This document shows positions 1 to 14,150 of a stretch of DNA of 64,000 nucleotides, piece after piece. Under the pieces are notes generated by a model. That model saw nothing but the letters and a program-made list of their open reading frames with translations. It ran no database searches and was not told the DNA's origin. The position numbers and the translations under genes are program-made. Origin of the DNA: Saccostrea cucullata (taxonomy: Eukaryota); contig NW_026938786.1 in assembly GCF_032062105.1 (NCBI RefSeq), positions 1 to 64,000 of the forward strand. The letters run 5' to 3'. Within the stretch, counting starts at the first letter, position 1; each line of letters starts with the position of its first letter.

Positions 1-100
1 AAACATGACCCCTGGGCTAGGTTATGGCCAAAAATAAAGTTCAAACTTATGGGCGAAAAAGCCACAGTGAGGCAATGGATATGCAACAATTCTTAGTTAA

Positions 101-684
101 TTATGTCAATTAATAATCATGGTAATTTCAATTCCTACGTTGATACGATATATCCTGTTGAGCTTGAGATAAAAGATACCAAAGAGTCCGACACTTCTGT
201 TTCATACTTGGATATTCTACTTGTAAAAGACACTAATGGTAATCTAACAACCAAGCTATATGATAAACACATGTGTAAACGTGATGACTTGACTTTTTTT
301 TTTCGTCAACTTCCCTTACTTATGCAGCAATAAACATTCATCACCTGCATACGGAGTCTATATATCTCAGTTGATTCGATACGCAAGAGCATGCTAAATT
401 TCTAAAATCAGGTAAATTATTGACAAGCAAGTTGACGAAGCAAAAATATCAGCAGTCTCGTTTAAAATCATCATCACTTAAGTTTTTTGGTCGATACAAT
501 TACCTTGTAAAAAAAATTATCATTGAGTCAAATGCTGACTGACGTTTTTCATACCAATTGTTAGTCCATTATTTATACACTAAATTGACGACGGGTTTTT
601 CTTGTTCTTTGTTTGCCCTTCTCCTGTTTTGTATTGTTTAATGTACTTTGAGATTGAATACTGTTTGTTATCTCCAGATCCTTA
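101..684 (+). mobile_element. 5'-truncated Penelope-like retroelement (RT C-terminus plus 3' end) with 8-bp target-site duplication
   Basis: Encodes SYLDILL..TKLYDK..DDF..NFP-like PLE RT motifs and matches the copy at 6752-7851. Flanked by TTAGTTAA at 93-100 and 685-692; the paralogous site at 23189-23196 has a single TTAGTTAA. Confidence 0.9.
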
Positions 685-2097
685 TTAGTTAAGATTCAAG
701 GCAATTAAAATCACAACCCTCCTACCTCCATTTAGAAATAGATTGGGTTCCCCTTATGCAATTAAGCTTTTCAATGCTGGATTAATTTTTGCTTTAAGTT
801 CAATCGCATTATGTTTAATGCTAAAATGAAAAAAAATGGTCTTTCGGTTTAAGGAGAAATGATATAAACATTTTTTTTTCTTTGAAGGGGACTTAATATC
901 AGGTCACAAGTTTAGAAAAGAAAAAAAAAATTTCTCCTAAGAACTTGAAAATGAAATAGACCTAAAAATATTAGTAATATTTCAATAATAAAAAAACCCA
1001 GACAAATCACACTTAGGAAAGGTTTACAGGTGAAAACAATTTTAAGAGTATGTTACTTCTAAGAAGGACGTTTCACAAAATATGTGATTTTTTAAAAATA
1101 ATATTGTAAATCACACGAGTCTCGATATTTTTAATCAATTGAGACCTGATATCCATTTCAAAAATTAAAAAAAAATATAAATTATGAAAACCTATCCAAT
1201 AAGATGACTGTGCGGAACCAAATCCCTCTTTGTACTGATTCCAAGTTCTGTCAAAATCGATGGATCCGTTTACACGCCTCTGTATAACCTATTGTATAAA
1301 CAAAAAAAATTCTCAAAATCTGTTCATAATATTTGTATTCATATGGTATGTCTGTTGTTATTTCATGCAGTGAGAATAACTAATCACACTGACCGTCCAC
1401 CCTCCACCGCTTGTATCCATATCACAGAAAACATCCACTGATCGGTTGTACCAGGGATAGGTCGTATAAACACCAGATAATAAGTAACACTCAGCAAGCA
1501 AACGTCTACAATCCATCGGGCGAATGTGCTCTAAAATTCATTAAAAAAAATCAATAATTAGTTTTACGTAGACAAAAAGTGCAATATAGGACGAACCTAT
1601 ACCATTCAGTCAATTAAATCGTCACTGAAAAGTCAATGAAAGGTCAGTTGATAGTGAATATCTGCCATTTAGCTTCCTTTCAGTCACTTTTCAATTAATT
1701 GAAAGACATAGCTCTTCCTGTGCAATTAAAAAAATAAAAGATTTTCTTAATTATTTCATATTATTTATATATTTTTAATTTTTTTTTGTCTGATGTGATT
1801 CAATATAGAAAAGAGTGCGAAAACATGAACTAAAATTTCCAAAGGTAATTGAGATTTCATTAAATTTGAACACCAGGATTAACTTGAGGCCCATGGACCT
1901 TATAGGTCACCTGGGCATCATGGAACAGCTTCCCATTATTGAAGTTGGATAATGATTGTAACAAGATGTCATAACATTCATTATTTTGAAAGGGGTACCA
2001 CTGCTCATCATAACTATACACTCTACAATGGCTTAGTTTGGTTACTTAATAACCATAGGCAGGGTAGTGGAACAAAGGATGCATTTCAACTGATTAT

Positions 2098-2251
2098 TAA
2101 TATTCAGCAATAATCAGTAGTACCCCTCAATAATATTCAGCAATAATCAGTAGTACCCCTCAGAAATATTCAGCATTATTCAGTAGTACCCCTCAGTAAT
2201 ATTCACAAATAATCAGTAGTACCCCTCAGTAATATTCACAAATAATCAGTA
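2098..2251. repeat. Minisatellite, ~32-33-bp unit (AATATTCAGCAATAATCAGTAGTACCCCTCA), ~5 copies
   Basis: Direct reading of tandem units. Confidence 0.9.
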
Positions 2252-2583
2252 GCGCTCCTGACCTACCAAACATGAACCCCTTACAGTTGGCCACACACTT
2301 CACAATTTTGAAAAAAAAGCAATACCCTTGCTTATCAAAAGGGTTTGATCGATACCAACGAGCAGATTTTAAACAATTAATTCATTTTCAGTATATACAT
2401 AGAGCCCCTTTTCTATGGTAGCCCTGACCCTGGGACCTCGAAATGCACAAATTTGGAAGAGAGGCCTTTGCTCATCATAGCGATATAAAAAGTTCCTTAA
2501 TATACCTTAAAACACAGGAGTAGAGAAGAAGATTTTCAAATATTCAATGTATTTCCATCATATATTCAAAAGAGCCCCACCCA

Positions 2584-2923
2584 GTCCGTGTAACACTCAA
2601 TAATTCAAATTTCTAGGATGTTAATATAAACTTCAAATATCTAAATTAAAGAAAAATTATATTTGGTGTATTGAAATTTATTGTTTTAGTTGAAAATTGA
2701 AATGTTCAAATTTCCAAAGAGTTTTCAAAATTTTGATATTTTAAATTTTTACCTTTAATGTTATAAATTTAAAAACGATTGATGTATTTAAATTTTTTGC
2801 GTTTTTAATCTACAATTTGTTCAAAAAGTTTATGCTTAAGAATCCAAAACTCATTTGCAAATTTTATCTTTTGATTATTTGATAAAAGCTTCAAACCTCA
2901 AAAATCCAAAGTTGAAACGGTTT

Positions 2924-2978
<55 letters not shown>

Positions 2979-5900
2979 ATTTTAGATTTTGATTGAAATA
3001 TACTGATTTCAAATTACCAAAACACTTTGAGTTTTTAGAATTTTACTTTAAATATCCAAAAATATCATATTTGAATTCTTAAAATTAGTCTAATATTCTA
3101 ATATCTTAAAACTTTCTGCTTAACCAAAAGTGTTTTTGAAATAGTTTCAATCTCAAACCAGGTTTTTAAACTGATATTTTTGATATTTGAAGTAAATATT
3201 TAAAATCCAAATGTTTTGAAATTTGAAGGTTGGATTAAAAATTCTAAAGAGCAAGGTACGGTTTTGGCCAAAGAATGCCGGCTGTCAGACATGTTCCGTT
3301 CAAAACATTTCAAAAAGCTTAAAAGTTTTAGAATCAAATGATATATAATTTTTATACCTGACTCAAAAGTATGCATTGGAAAAATAACGCTCAATACTGT
3401 ATCTTTTATAACAGAACGTCGAGATCTTACGAAGAATTTTGACGCAACGTCATACGTTTAACGTGTAGTAAGCGCAATCCGAAAATCCTAACTGACTTGC
3501 TAGGACACAGTTATTTTAAATATAATTTAAGAAATTAAATTGTTGATTTATTAATGCGTCATTGTTGGTTTTGCTTTTTTTAAATTTATTTATTTAGTAG
3601 CATTATTATATACTTACAATGTAATCATCCACGAAGGTGTCTCCGCTTTAGTTGATGAGAATTATTAAAAGTCTAACAGAGGAACGTGGAGGAAAAGAAA
3701 TAAACCTTATTTTCTTTTTGATGTTTCTTTCATATTATTGCAGTGATAATACGCTCTAAATATTTTTTTTTAGCTATTTTGCTAAAATAAATTGAGAAAA
3801 ATTTCTATATCAGATATAGTGAAAAAATGTACTGATGAAAAAAAATCGATGTTTTCCCGGCACCAAAAAGTTTGATTGTCAAGAATATGGAATATGTAAC
3901 GTGCAAGAACAGAAAATTCAAACGTCAAGATAATATTATTTATATCATTTGTAATTATTGGAACAGTACTAGTAGTATAGAAGACTATGGTTATATCTAA
4001 GGTACAGTAGAACCCCCCCATCCCCCTCTAATGGTCAATTTTGCTAATAAACTTATAAAGACATTAGATTATGTAAATAAGAATGGAAGGGATTTCGATC
4101 CCGATTAAAAAAAAAATTAAGCACAGTTACCTTTTTAAAATCAGATAATGGGTACATGAAAACCGATTGTTTTCTGTGATATACAATGTATTCATTTACA
4201 TCTTGCTTGATGACAGAGGTATACTTAAAATTTGAATATAACACCCCCACCCCCAATCGAGTTTAATGAGTTCCTATCACTTATATATGCCTTTCACAAA
4301 TATTTTTTTTAATAACACATGTAAAATTATATTTGATAAGACTGAAAATGAATCAGTAAATGTTTTGATTCAAAAGTTTTGTTTAGCAGGAGGGGGGGGG
4401 GGGAGTTATATTTCGGAAATTTAGTTCAGACTGAATAACATAACAGACATTCTTTCAATTCGCTTAAAAAGTTTTTAAAAAACTGTTTGGAAATTATTTT
4501 TGGTTAGTATTCAGCTGATTACTCTTCTCGTTTCACACTTGAAAGACTTTCTACATTTTTATTTAAGTCCGTGTAAATATTTACAGAGTTATTTATTTTT
4601 TTTTATACATTTACATATTCAATACATGTTGACAATTACGTCGGATATTAGTATAATCGCTCATGGATTATTTCGCAGAACCGTCACCTTCTAGCAGCCA
4701 ATGACAAATATTTATTCCAAATTCCAAATGTTTTTTATTTCAAGTTTTTGCCCATTAATATAAGGATCAAAATAAGTTTGAGTTGCTAGTATCACTTTCC
4801 GTTTTTTTTCATTCCCCGCAAAATGTCTTTGCTTAGTAGAGAATGTAGCAATTTAAAAAAAAAATAAAAGCTTCCTTGTGTCTTTACTTTTCTGACAACT
4901 GAACGTGATATATGAGGTACGTATGATTCTTGCAATAAACAAAAAAGAATCTAATGGACTTATTTACAATACAATATACACAGGTATTTCCTACATGTAT
5001 ATGTAAAGGATATACCAAACATGTAAAATGTATTGGTCCATAAAAAGTTATTTTAGTTATTTTCCACAGGAATCAATGTTAATAAAGTAAGAAAAAAAAA
5101 AAAAAAAAAAAAAAAAAACAACAACAAACAAACAAACAAACAAACAAACAAAAAACAAAAACACCAACAACCTACAATTCCCTATACTCAGGAAACACGG
5201 GTCTTTCGTTAGTTGGCCCATGACAACCCCCTCCCCCACAAATAGATATTTCCATTTCTGAGAGCGTTGTAGTGACGTGGCATCATTTGTGAGGGGGGGT
5301 GGGGGGCTGCCAAAGAGAAAAAAATAACTTACCGGAAAAGAGTTGATAAACAAAAATATAATAATAATAATAATTAAAATAAAAAATCAAAAAGTGGGGA
5401 AATTGCCCAAACTCGAAAGTCCTATTTCGGGAGGGGGTGTAGAGGCCAACTTCTTTCAGTACCATTTTTTCATACATTATATACTACATGTACTTTACCC
5501 TCCTTTCACTGTACTGAAACAAAAAGTCTTGGGGGAGGGGCAACCGGCCTTTTAATGAACATTTATAATAGTAAAATTTTTGGAAAAAAAGTCCCCCCCC
5601 GTTGCTTTGTGTTTATGTTGATTTTTTCGTGAAAGAGTCGCTTGTGTTTTCTTTTATTGTACATATGTAATTTCTTGTATTTCCAAATACATGTCATACG
5701 GTTTCTGTTTTCCATAGTACAAAATGCATACTTTTACTAGTATGAAGTTGTGGGATTTTTTATACATAAACATGTATTAATATAGTCGCAATATAAAGAT
5801 ACTGAAAAATATAAAAAAAAAATACATATACATATATGTAGATGCTAGTTTTTCTACATGAATTCCATGATCACAAATTAAAAATTGTATTGTCTATGCA

Positions 5901-8870
5901 CTAGGATTTACTTGCGAAATGCATTCACATGTAGCTGTGTATATAAAAGACCTACTGTTTACAGCAGTACAGGGAAGAACTAAACAGCAAAGGTGTCCAA
6001 ACACTCATTTCATTGCTTACATGGCTTACAACTTACAACTTTCAAAGACGATCTGCTTTCCTTCGTAACAAAGAATCACGTGGGTTCTGTCTAATCTGTT
6101 TGACTCTCTACTATTAATCTTTTTTTTTTTTTAAAAATCTGAAAATCCAAGGATGAAAGGGGAAACCCTTAGCTTGATCACAAGTCAAAAGCTGCTGAAT
6201 GTCGCTGACCATTGTCAGATAAACAGGATTCCAGGAACATGCACATGTATACGGAGGAAATCTTTCTTTTTTTCACCACCCTTTTCCGATATACCACTGG
6301 CATCAAATTACCCGTATAGGTTTGTGTTACAAAACTTGTAATCTGCACGAAATATTTGCACAAAAGAAAAAAATACAATAAATAAACATCTGAGTTTGTA
6401 TGCGTTATTTCGGACTTTTAATATACATATGTACTATCTGGTATTCGGGAACTTTTTTACTTGGATTGTTTTTTTAACTGATATCAACTACACAAGATAT
6501 ACATCATGTATGTATTATTTATTTTTCACAATTAAAGGGTAAAAACAATGATTGATCAGGCAAATGAAAAGGTAATCGCAAAGTTTATTCAGTGTATTTA
6601 CATTTTATTGCATTTTTTTATGGTTGCCATATGATTGTTCGGAGGTCACACTGTGACTATAATTAGACTATATACATTGAGAAAGATTCGTAGAAGAAAA
6701 TAGAATTATATTGAGGTACATGTATCACAGATTTTTTAATTACTCTTGTAACTTACGACTTTTCAACTTTATACACAACGATTCCCCACGACAAATTAAA
6801 TCCAGGCTTTTTGATATCATTGACAGCTTCTTCTTCAACAAAAATGGAACTCATAAATTTACTTACCTCGTCATTGGTCATCTGAAAAATTATTTTGTTA
6901 AAACAGATTCTGATTGCACACATAAGTTACTCTGAAGTTGACATCAAGAAAATGCTTGAGTTTCTGATTGACAATATCTATGTAGTTTTTGGAGACCAGG
7001 TATTCCAACAATCTATTGGAATTCCCATGGGTACAAATTGCGCTCCGTTATTAGCAGACTTATTTTTATATTCATATGAAGCAGAATTTTATTCAAAATC
7101 TTATGTGTGAAAAGAAGAAAACACTTGCTGTGGCCTTCAACACGACATTTAGATAAATCGACGACGTATTGTCAATTAATAATGATAATATCCATTCCTA
7201 CGTCGATACGATATATCCTGGTTAGCTTGAGATAAAAGATATCACAGAGTCCGATACTTCTGCTTCATACTTGGATATTTTACTTGAAAAAGACACTAAT
7301 GGTAATATAACAACCAAGCTATATGATAAACGTGATGACTTTAACTTTTCTATCGTCAACTTCCCTTACTTATGCAGCAATATACCTTCATCACCTGCAT
7401 ACGGAGTATATATATCTCAGTTAATTTGATACGCAAGAGCGTGCTCTACGTATGAACAATTTCTTAACTGAGGTAAACTATTGACAAGCAAGTTGATGAA
7501 ACAAGAATATCAACAGTCTCGTTTAAAGTCATCATTTCGTAAATTCTTTGGTCGATACAATGACCTTGTCAGCAAATACAATTTATCATTGTGTCAAATG
7601 CTGACTAACATTTTTCATACCAATTGTTAGTCCATTATTTATACACTGAATTGACGACGGATTTTTTCCGTTATTTTCTGATCATGACAACGAGCACACG
7701 GCGGGTGTGACCGGTCGGCAGGGGATGCTCACTCCTCCATGGCACCTGATCCCACCTCTGATGTTTCGGAGGTCCGTGTTTGTTCTGCTCTTATTTTGTA
7801 TATTGTTTAATGGACGTTGAGATTGAATACTGTTCGTTATCTCCATATCCTTCTTGTAATAATTAAATTTAAAAAATATTTTTGTGCTTTTTTGTGGCTT
7901 GAATTGAGGCCTATAGGATATTTTAGTACTGTTGTTAAATAATAAATGTACAGCCGATGGACACTAGTATACGAACTTACAAGTGCATACGATATGTACA
8001 AACAGCATAAGCACAAGCAGCATCTTTAACTACAATTTATTCTTTGTTTTCAAAATATTTATTTATATCTATAGCTATTTATATAGTTTGCTTAGTCCAG
8101 TGATAGGACTTGAAATAAAAAAAATCTCATTCTGTGTAAATTAAGCGTCATTAGAATCGAATCAGGAACATTGCGTCGGTAGAATATCTTTATCCGTATG
8201 CTAACTTTTGTAAAATTCATATAGATTACAGGTGACAACCAACACTAATTTTATTGGCGTAACTAAGATTTGTAATGATGAACTTATATTCGGAGTATGA
8301 AAGTGGTTGTTGCATGTGCAAGGGTCTTTTTTTCAGATTACTCATTTTTCAGCATAATTTAACGAATTTGCACGACCATTCGATGTTTAGCGCGTATTAG
8401 TGAGGTCATAGTTAAAAATTACGTCATTTTTTTACCTGTAGAATTTACTTCGCATCTTCCTTAGTTCAATGCATAACATAAAAAAAATTATACAAAGAAA
8501 ATTAAAATATTGTATTTTTTGCGGCGAACTACTGCTAATATCGTACTTTGTTCTTTCAAAAGATCTAAAATGTTTTTAACTTGAAAAATAGACATTTGAA
8601 GTAAAGTTTGAAATATCAAAGGTCGTAACAGTGTTCTGAACATTAGATTATTAAGTGTAAAGATTCTAAGCAAACGTCAGACTAAAAACTGAAAAGCTTA
8701 AAACACAAAACTTATTTTTGGAAATTAGAATTTTGAATGTTTTAAATTGAAAAACCTGTTTGAAAATTTGAAAATTTAGGTTTCTGAACTAACATATTAA
8801 ATTCCAATATAAGAAACAGTCTAAACCTCTCAATAATTTTAGAAATTTGAATTGTTAGTGTTACACGACC
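2584..8870. mobile_element. 6.3-kb TIR-bounded non-autonomous DNA element with nested insertions, splitting a satellite-like unit
   Basis: Left end GTCCGTGTAACACTCAATAATTCAAATTTCTA vs reverse complement of the right end GGTCGTGTAACACTAACAATTCAAATTTCTA. Both ends have long AT-rich subterminal tracts. The flanks rejoin into one oyster-satellite-like unit (..CCCCACCC|TAACCAGAACCCCTGACCCTGGGG..). Confidence 0.65.
6752..7851 (+). mobile_element. Penelope-like retroelement, 5'-truncated at RT motif A, decayed; no C-terminal GIY-YIG (Naiad-like layout)
   Basis: YDFSTLYTTIPH, GIPMGTNCAPLLADLFL, FR*IDD, LYDKRDDFNFSIVNFP and AYGVYISQL motifs; the ORF ends after the thumb. TCTTGTAA at 6744-6751 and 7852-7859 is a likely TSD. 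Confidence 0.9.
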
Positions 8871-11104
8871 TAACCAGAACCCCTGACCCTGGGGTAATAA
8901 ATTTCACAATTTTGGAAAAAGGCAATCTTGTTCATCATAATTATGAACTAAGTTTTTGAAAACCCATTAACTTTGGCTAGGAGAGAAAGCATACGGATTC
9001 AAGATGAAAAGTATTCTGAATAAACATCTAAATAATGGATCAGATTCAATGATATGTTATTACAATAAATCAATCTCGTTTTAACATAATTTTAAGAAAA
9101 GCCATTTGAAGCTTTCTGAAAATATTTATTGAAGTCATAAAAGCAGTGATACTTCTTTTAAGATTCTATCATTATCAGGCACTATGCAAAAGTGCATGCA
9201 TTAAAGTGAATTAATTTATATTAAATGCACTATGGGTAATTTAATCAATAAAATATATTCTGAATGATGATCTTTGTACCAAATGAGGAAAGTGGGATAT
9301 AAAGATACAAGTATGAATTATTAACTAAGACTATTATCAAAGAAATTTTAGCCAGCTCACCCATATGACATTGCATAATTAATACTGAAAAAAATCTTTT
9401 TTTTAATCGATCTCAAGAATTCCATTTCTCTTGTTGATATTTATTTTATTGATACTGTAATTATTTTTTAAAATCTCAACTTTCCCTTAATTTATACATG
9501 CATAATATTACACGACATCACAACATAGTTCGCATATTGCATGTAAAACGTGCTGGCCGATCGTTTTTATAAGTTAAATATATATTTTAATGCAAGCATG
9601 CTATGTGTACAGTTATGATTAGCAATTGTGCCTCTCAAATGTTGTGAATTTCAAGGCCTCGCAGATAAAAAAAACAAATCAATTTCAATTGTTGGGAAAT
9701 TGATGCCCTGCATTCAACCTCAGGTGACCTATAAGGCATCTTTAATATTTAGATACATCACATGATGACGTCGTGGGGAAGTGTTTTAGTCTAAGTCTAT
9801 CGAATTGAAAATGGTAGTAACTCTTTCATCCATGACTTTTCCGATTTATAAATGCTACATTTTACCTAAAAAAAAAAATAATTAATACGCCGAATTCTGA
9901 TCTTTTGTTGCCTCAACACATATGCAAACTCGGCTTTGAAGTCATGCACATTACAGGGACCTTGTATTATTCAGATTATTCAGCGTTTACCGGTACTTTT
10001 CCTTCTTAAAAACTTTTTAAAATAAATACTTAGCGTTGATTTAACTCTTTCTTTTCTGGAAATTTTATCTTTTATTTAAAGGCGTAGACTTCTTCAAATA
10101 TCATTAAAAACACCAAACAAGGATTCAGCTAAGTAACACTTATATTCCCTAACTTTTCAAATCTTAAGTGGTTCAATATCATAATATAAATTCATGATAG
10201 TAATCACTGGAACATTAGGACATTATTTCAACTGATGGTATAGGATAAAACATTACTTGGACCAGTTTATGATTTATAAACTGCAAAATATATCTTGCAA
10301 CACTGTTGAATACATAAATTATATTGAAAATTGACAACAAATTTGGATTAAAATCTATATCCTCTTAAAAACGTGTCAATGGGTATTCACCGTGAAGTAA
10401 TCTGAAAATGAAAATAGAGAACCGCGACGTATAGGCGAGAATTTATTTACCTTCCGAGTCCGGAAAATAGTATCTCCATCCTACTTCCGGTACTGCTTAG
10501 TGATTAGTTGAATGACTGCTTACTGATTAGTTGAATGACATCCGGCGTAAAGTCGACATTTCCTTCTTTGTAAATTGACACCAAAGAAAGTACACCCTGG
10601 ACCACACATTGCTGAGCACATAATCAGTGAGTGCACGTCATATTCGGACAGGAGGTTTTCCTGGAATATCCTGTCGTCTAAATCTATTTTAACAGCGTAA
10701 TGCCTTGATAGAGACGTGGAAAGTCTGAACAAAACAACAAATAATGCCCCAAAGAATAGCGTGTTCATCATAGTAACTGTTGTTTCTGAAGTCTTTATGG
10801 GAAATATCCGTCATTTAAAGTTTTAATAACATTATATAAATGATTTTTTTTTTCAAACAGAATTCCTAATTAGCTATTTTCCGATTGGATAAATATACTG
10901 AGATTTCATAAATCGATCCATGGGCGGGTCTACATGATATTGAGGATTAACAAATATTTAAAACGTCAAGTTTATTGGAATATCAGGATTTATTGCAGCT
11001 CGGGCTGCTCTATACAGATAAGTTTAATTTTTGGTGTATGGAATTGAATTGGGAGAGGTTATTCAGAAATAAAGGTTAACTATACATTGAATGATTATAC
11101 ATCA

Positions 11105-11286
11105 AATACACCCGGGCCACAAATTGCTGAGCACACAGCCAGTGAATGAGCATCATATTCAGTCACCAGGTTTACCTGGAGAGTCTTGTCATCGAGGTCT
11201 ATTATAACAATGTATCTTCTTGATATAGACGTGGAAAATCTAAACAAAACAACAAATTAAGCCCCACAGAATACCTTGTTCATCAT
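11105..11286 (-). pseudogene. Second, truncated copy of FReD exon 1 within a ~515-bp tandem duplication (about 10590-11080 / 11105-11600)
   Basis: MMNKVFCGA*FVVLFRFSTSISRRYIVIIDLDD..CSAICGPG aligns with the 10520-10771 ORF; upstream flanks are duplicated too. Confidence 0.85.
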
Positions 11287-12664
11287 AGTAATTGTTATTT
11301 CTGGAGTCTCAATGGGAAATATCTGTCATTTCAAGCTTTTATACAATCATAAAAATGATTTTTTTTTTCAAACAGAATTCCTAATTAACTATTTTATGAT
11401 TGGATAAATATACTGAGATTTCATAAATCGATCCATGGCCAGGTTTACGTGAAATGAAGGATTAACAAACATTAAATACGCTAAGATTATTTTAATAAAA
11501 GGGTTTATTACGGCCCTGGGGACCGAGTTGCACAATACATATGAGTATAAGTTTTGGTGTATTGGATAGAGTTGGGAGACGTTATTCAGAATTAAACGAA
11601 TTTTACTATCGCATAAAAATTTATGTTTCACATTTCGTTTCTTATATTCTTTATTTACGATTAATACATTTTCGAAAATAAATGGTGGATATGTGTGATT
11701 TTAATTTATATGTTATACAGGCAGAGCTTATTTGAGGAATAGATACTTTTTTTTAAATGTTTATCTTTTTTTGGTTTCCATCCGACTTTAAGTTATAAAA
11801 TTATCTGGTCCATAGTCTCCATCTTTTAGATTAATCTTTTTTTCAATATATGAAAGCTGTTTGATTATAAAGACTCATTTCTATTGCTTACTTATTCTAT
11901 CTCAATTTTTTTCTTGTTTATACTTAATATGACTGTGCGAGGTTAAAAAAGAAATAAAAATTAACTTAACCCCATTAGGATGTTTAGACATGTGGACTTG
12001 ATATAATAAGTATTAACTTGAAGAAGCCCATACTGAAAATCAACCCCACTCGGTAATAAAGATAAAGGCTAGGGGGTTTGTTTATCTACACATTCCTTCA
12101 TTTTAATAAATTGAAATAGCAGATTATTAAGTTTGCTGATCTTTATAATTAACATGACATGATTTTTCCGTTGATAATAGGAACTTCGGAATTACTTTTG
12201 ATTACATTTTTGTTATTTTAAGTTTATGTTAAGTTTAATAATTATTCTTTCACTTAAGTATTCCCTTGCGATATTAAATTTTATTCTGACTTACATACAG
12301 TAATATAATCATTTACATTCATCAAATGACTTTTAGTGCGCTCGGATGAATAGATCGGGACGTATATTGTTGTTGTCCTGTCTGTTTGTCTGTCTGTCTG
12401 TCTGTAGTCAACTTTAACCTTCGTCCTAAGTTTTGAACCATGAAAGATAGACACTTTATTAGAAAAAAAAACTATGCTTTATATATCAAAAAAGATATGT
12501 ATATGATATAAATAACAAAAATAAATTGTTTAAAAAAAGACCTGTATGACCAGGTCTGTATTTTGCGATGTATGTCTTTAATGTACTTTAATAATGTATG
12601 AAAACGGCAATCAACATTAGACACATTGATGTTGACAAGACCATGGTATTTACCATAGAACTGA

Positions 12665-12973
12665 TTTTTTGTTATTTGACGCCCCGTTCAGATTTTTCAA
12701 TTATATAGAGACGTTAACATAAACCGTATATCAAAATTACAAATTTTGAACTCGGCACTTACAGTCATTAAGCAGTAAGGGATTTTTATCGGATAAACGG
12801 TATGACATGGTGACTCGGTTTTTTAAAGTCTCATCCAAAGTACCTGCAGCTTTTACAACAAGTGTCGAGCGCATGGCGAAGGATCTGACTGGTATATTTT
12901 TTTTCGATTTCTGTCAGTTGCAAAGATGATTCGAACACAAGATTACGGGAGGAGCTTTCTATCGACTAAGCTA
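12665..12973 (-). mobile_element. Decayed tRNA-derived SINE
   Basis: Minus strand starts TAGCTTAGTCGATAG..TGTTCGAATC (A/B-box-like). The body resembles fragments near 24450-24540 and 29330-29500. Confidence 0.5.
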
Positions 12974-14016
12974 CAAAAGCTACCAGTAAACGAGACTTCT
13001 GATATTCTTGTTTCGTGTCATCAACTGCTTTGTCAATAACTTACCATACCTGGTTTTAAATATTGTTCGTACGAAGAGCTTTCTCTGGCATATCGTATCA
13101 AATGGGAGACAGAAAAAAACCAGTGAAAACCCATATACATGTAGTACGGCTAGATAACTAAGGGAAATAGGAAAGTGATTAATATAATGATTAATTATTT
13201 TTAGGGATAGCTAAATTATCAACCAGCAGCCCTAAGGCCGTGATCCTGTTTGCCAACAACAAAAATATATCTTATTTTAACTTTACAAGTCTTAATTGCC
13301 TATAATCCTTGTAAAAATATATAGAATAATGCTCTTTTTGTACACAATAGATATAAAATGTAAACTTTTTCAAATGCACTGATGGCACTGTAGCTCTCTA
13401 GTCACCTATTTTTTCCAGACCAGCGAGCTAGAGACCCATATATTCTATTCCATTCAATATAAAGATTTTGATATCAAATAAATTGATTTAGGAAAAATAA
13501 AACATACTGAAAACAATGGACCATAAAGCATTTATAGTACAGGTTGTTATTGTTAAGAAAGTTTTCATGAATGAAAACTCATCTTCTTATGTATAGCAAG
13601 GACTAATATAAAACACCAGAAAAAAAACGTTTAATTATGCATAAAATACATGAGAACAAGTGCACAAAATTCGGAGATAATAACAGGAAAGGTTGAGCTG
13701 AGACCATACTTAGATAACCCCACGTTGAAACAGATGGAAACGCTAAACAAAACAAAGAGATTATCAAATTTCGGAGAGCTATTTACAAATAATGCAGGAA
13801 GTGGGGAAAACTTAAATATTTGAAATACTAAGCCTTATGCAAAAACTAAAACATAAACAAAATAAAGCGTTACAGTAAAAATATTATGAATGTTAAGATT
13901 ACATCTTTAATTTTCTTGATAGATTATTCCTCCAACATACAATGAAAAAGTGAATATAACGCACAATGACCAATCTAAAAATCCATAATAATAACAAATA
14001 TTTGAAGAGCATTAAA

Positions 14017-14150
14017 CATGAAACCCTGGGAAATCAAAATAAAGTATGGAACCCTGGGAAATCAATATAAAGCATGGAATCCTGGGAAATCAACATAAAG
14101 CATGGAACTCTTGGAAATCAACATAAAACATAGAACCCTGTAAATCAACA
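14017..14150. repeat. Minisatellite, ~28-bp unit (CATGGAACCCTGGGAAATCAACATAAAG), ~4.5 copies
   Basis: Direct reading. Confidence 0.85.

Larger units (their letters stand above)
1192..10771 (-). pseudogene. FReD lectin paralog C, pseudogene; exons 10771-10451, 1530-1394, 1288-1192; exons 4-5 expected left of the window
   Basis: Exon 1 is signal peptide + CSAMCGPGC..C..GWRYY, but has an in-frame TAA and a 23-bp duplication. Exon 2 reads PMDC..SGVY..VDVFCDMDTSGGGWT; exon 3 reads [31 protein letters not shown] sites, phases and sizes (137, 97 nt) equal exons 2-3 of paralog A. Confidence 0.88.

Noticed and set aside
2927-2974. Poly-T run as a retrocopy tail
   Set aside because: No adjacent retro body or TSD; it lies in the AT-rich subterminal tract of the 2584-8870 element.
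7427-7471. In-frame TGA codons in the Penelope RT as possible selenocysteine recoding
   Set aside because: Other copies have CGA at these positions (about 377; about 32726 and 32769 on the minus strand), so these are CpG-decay stops.
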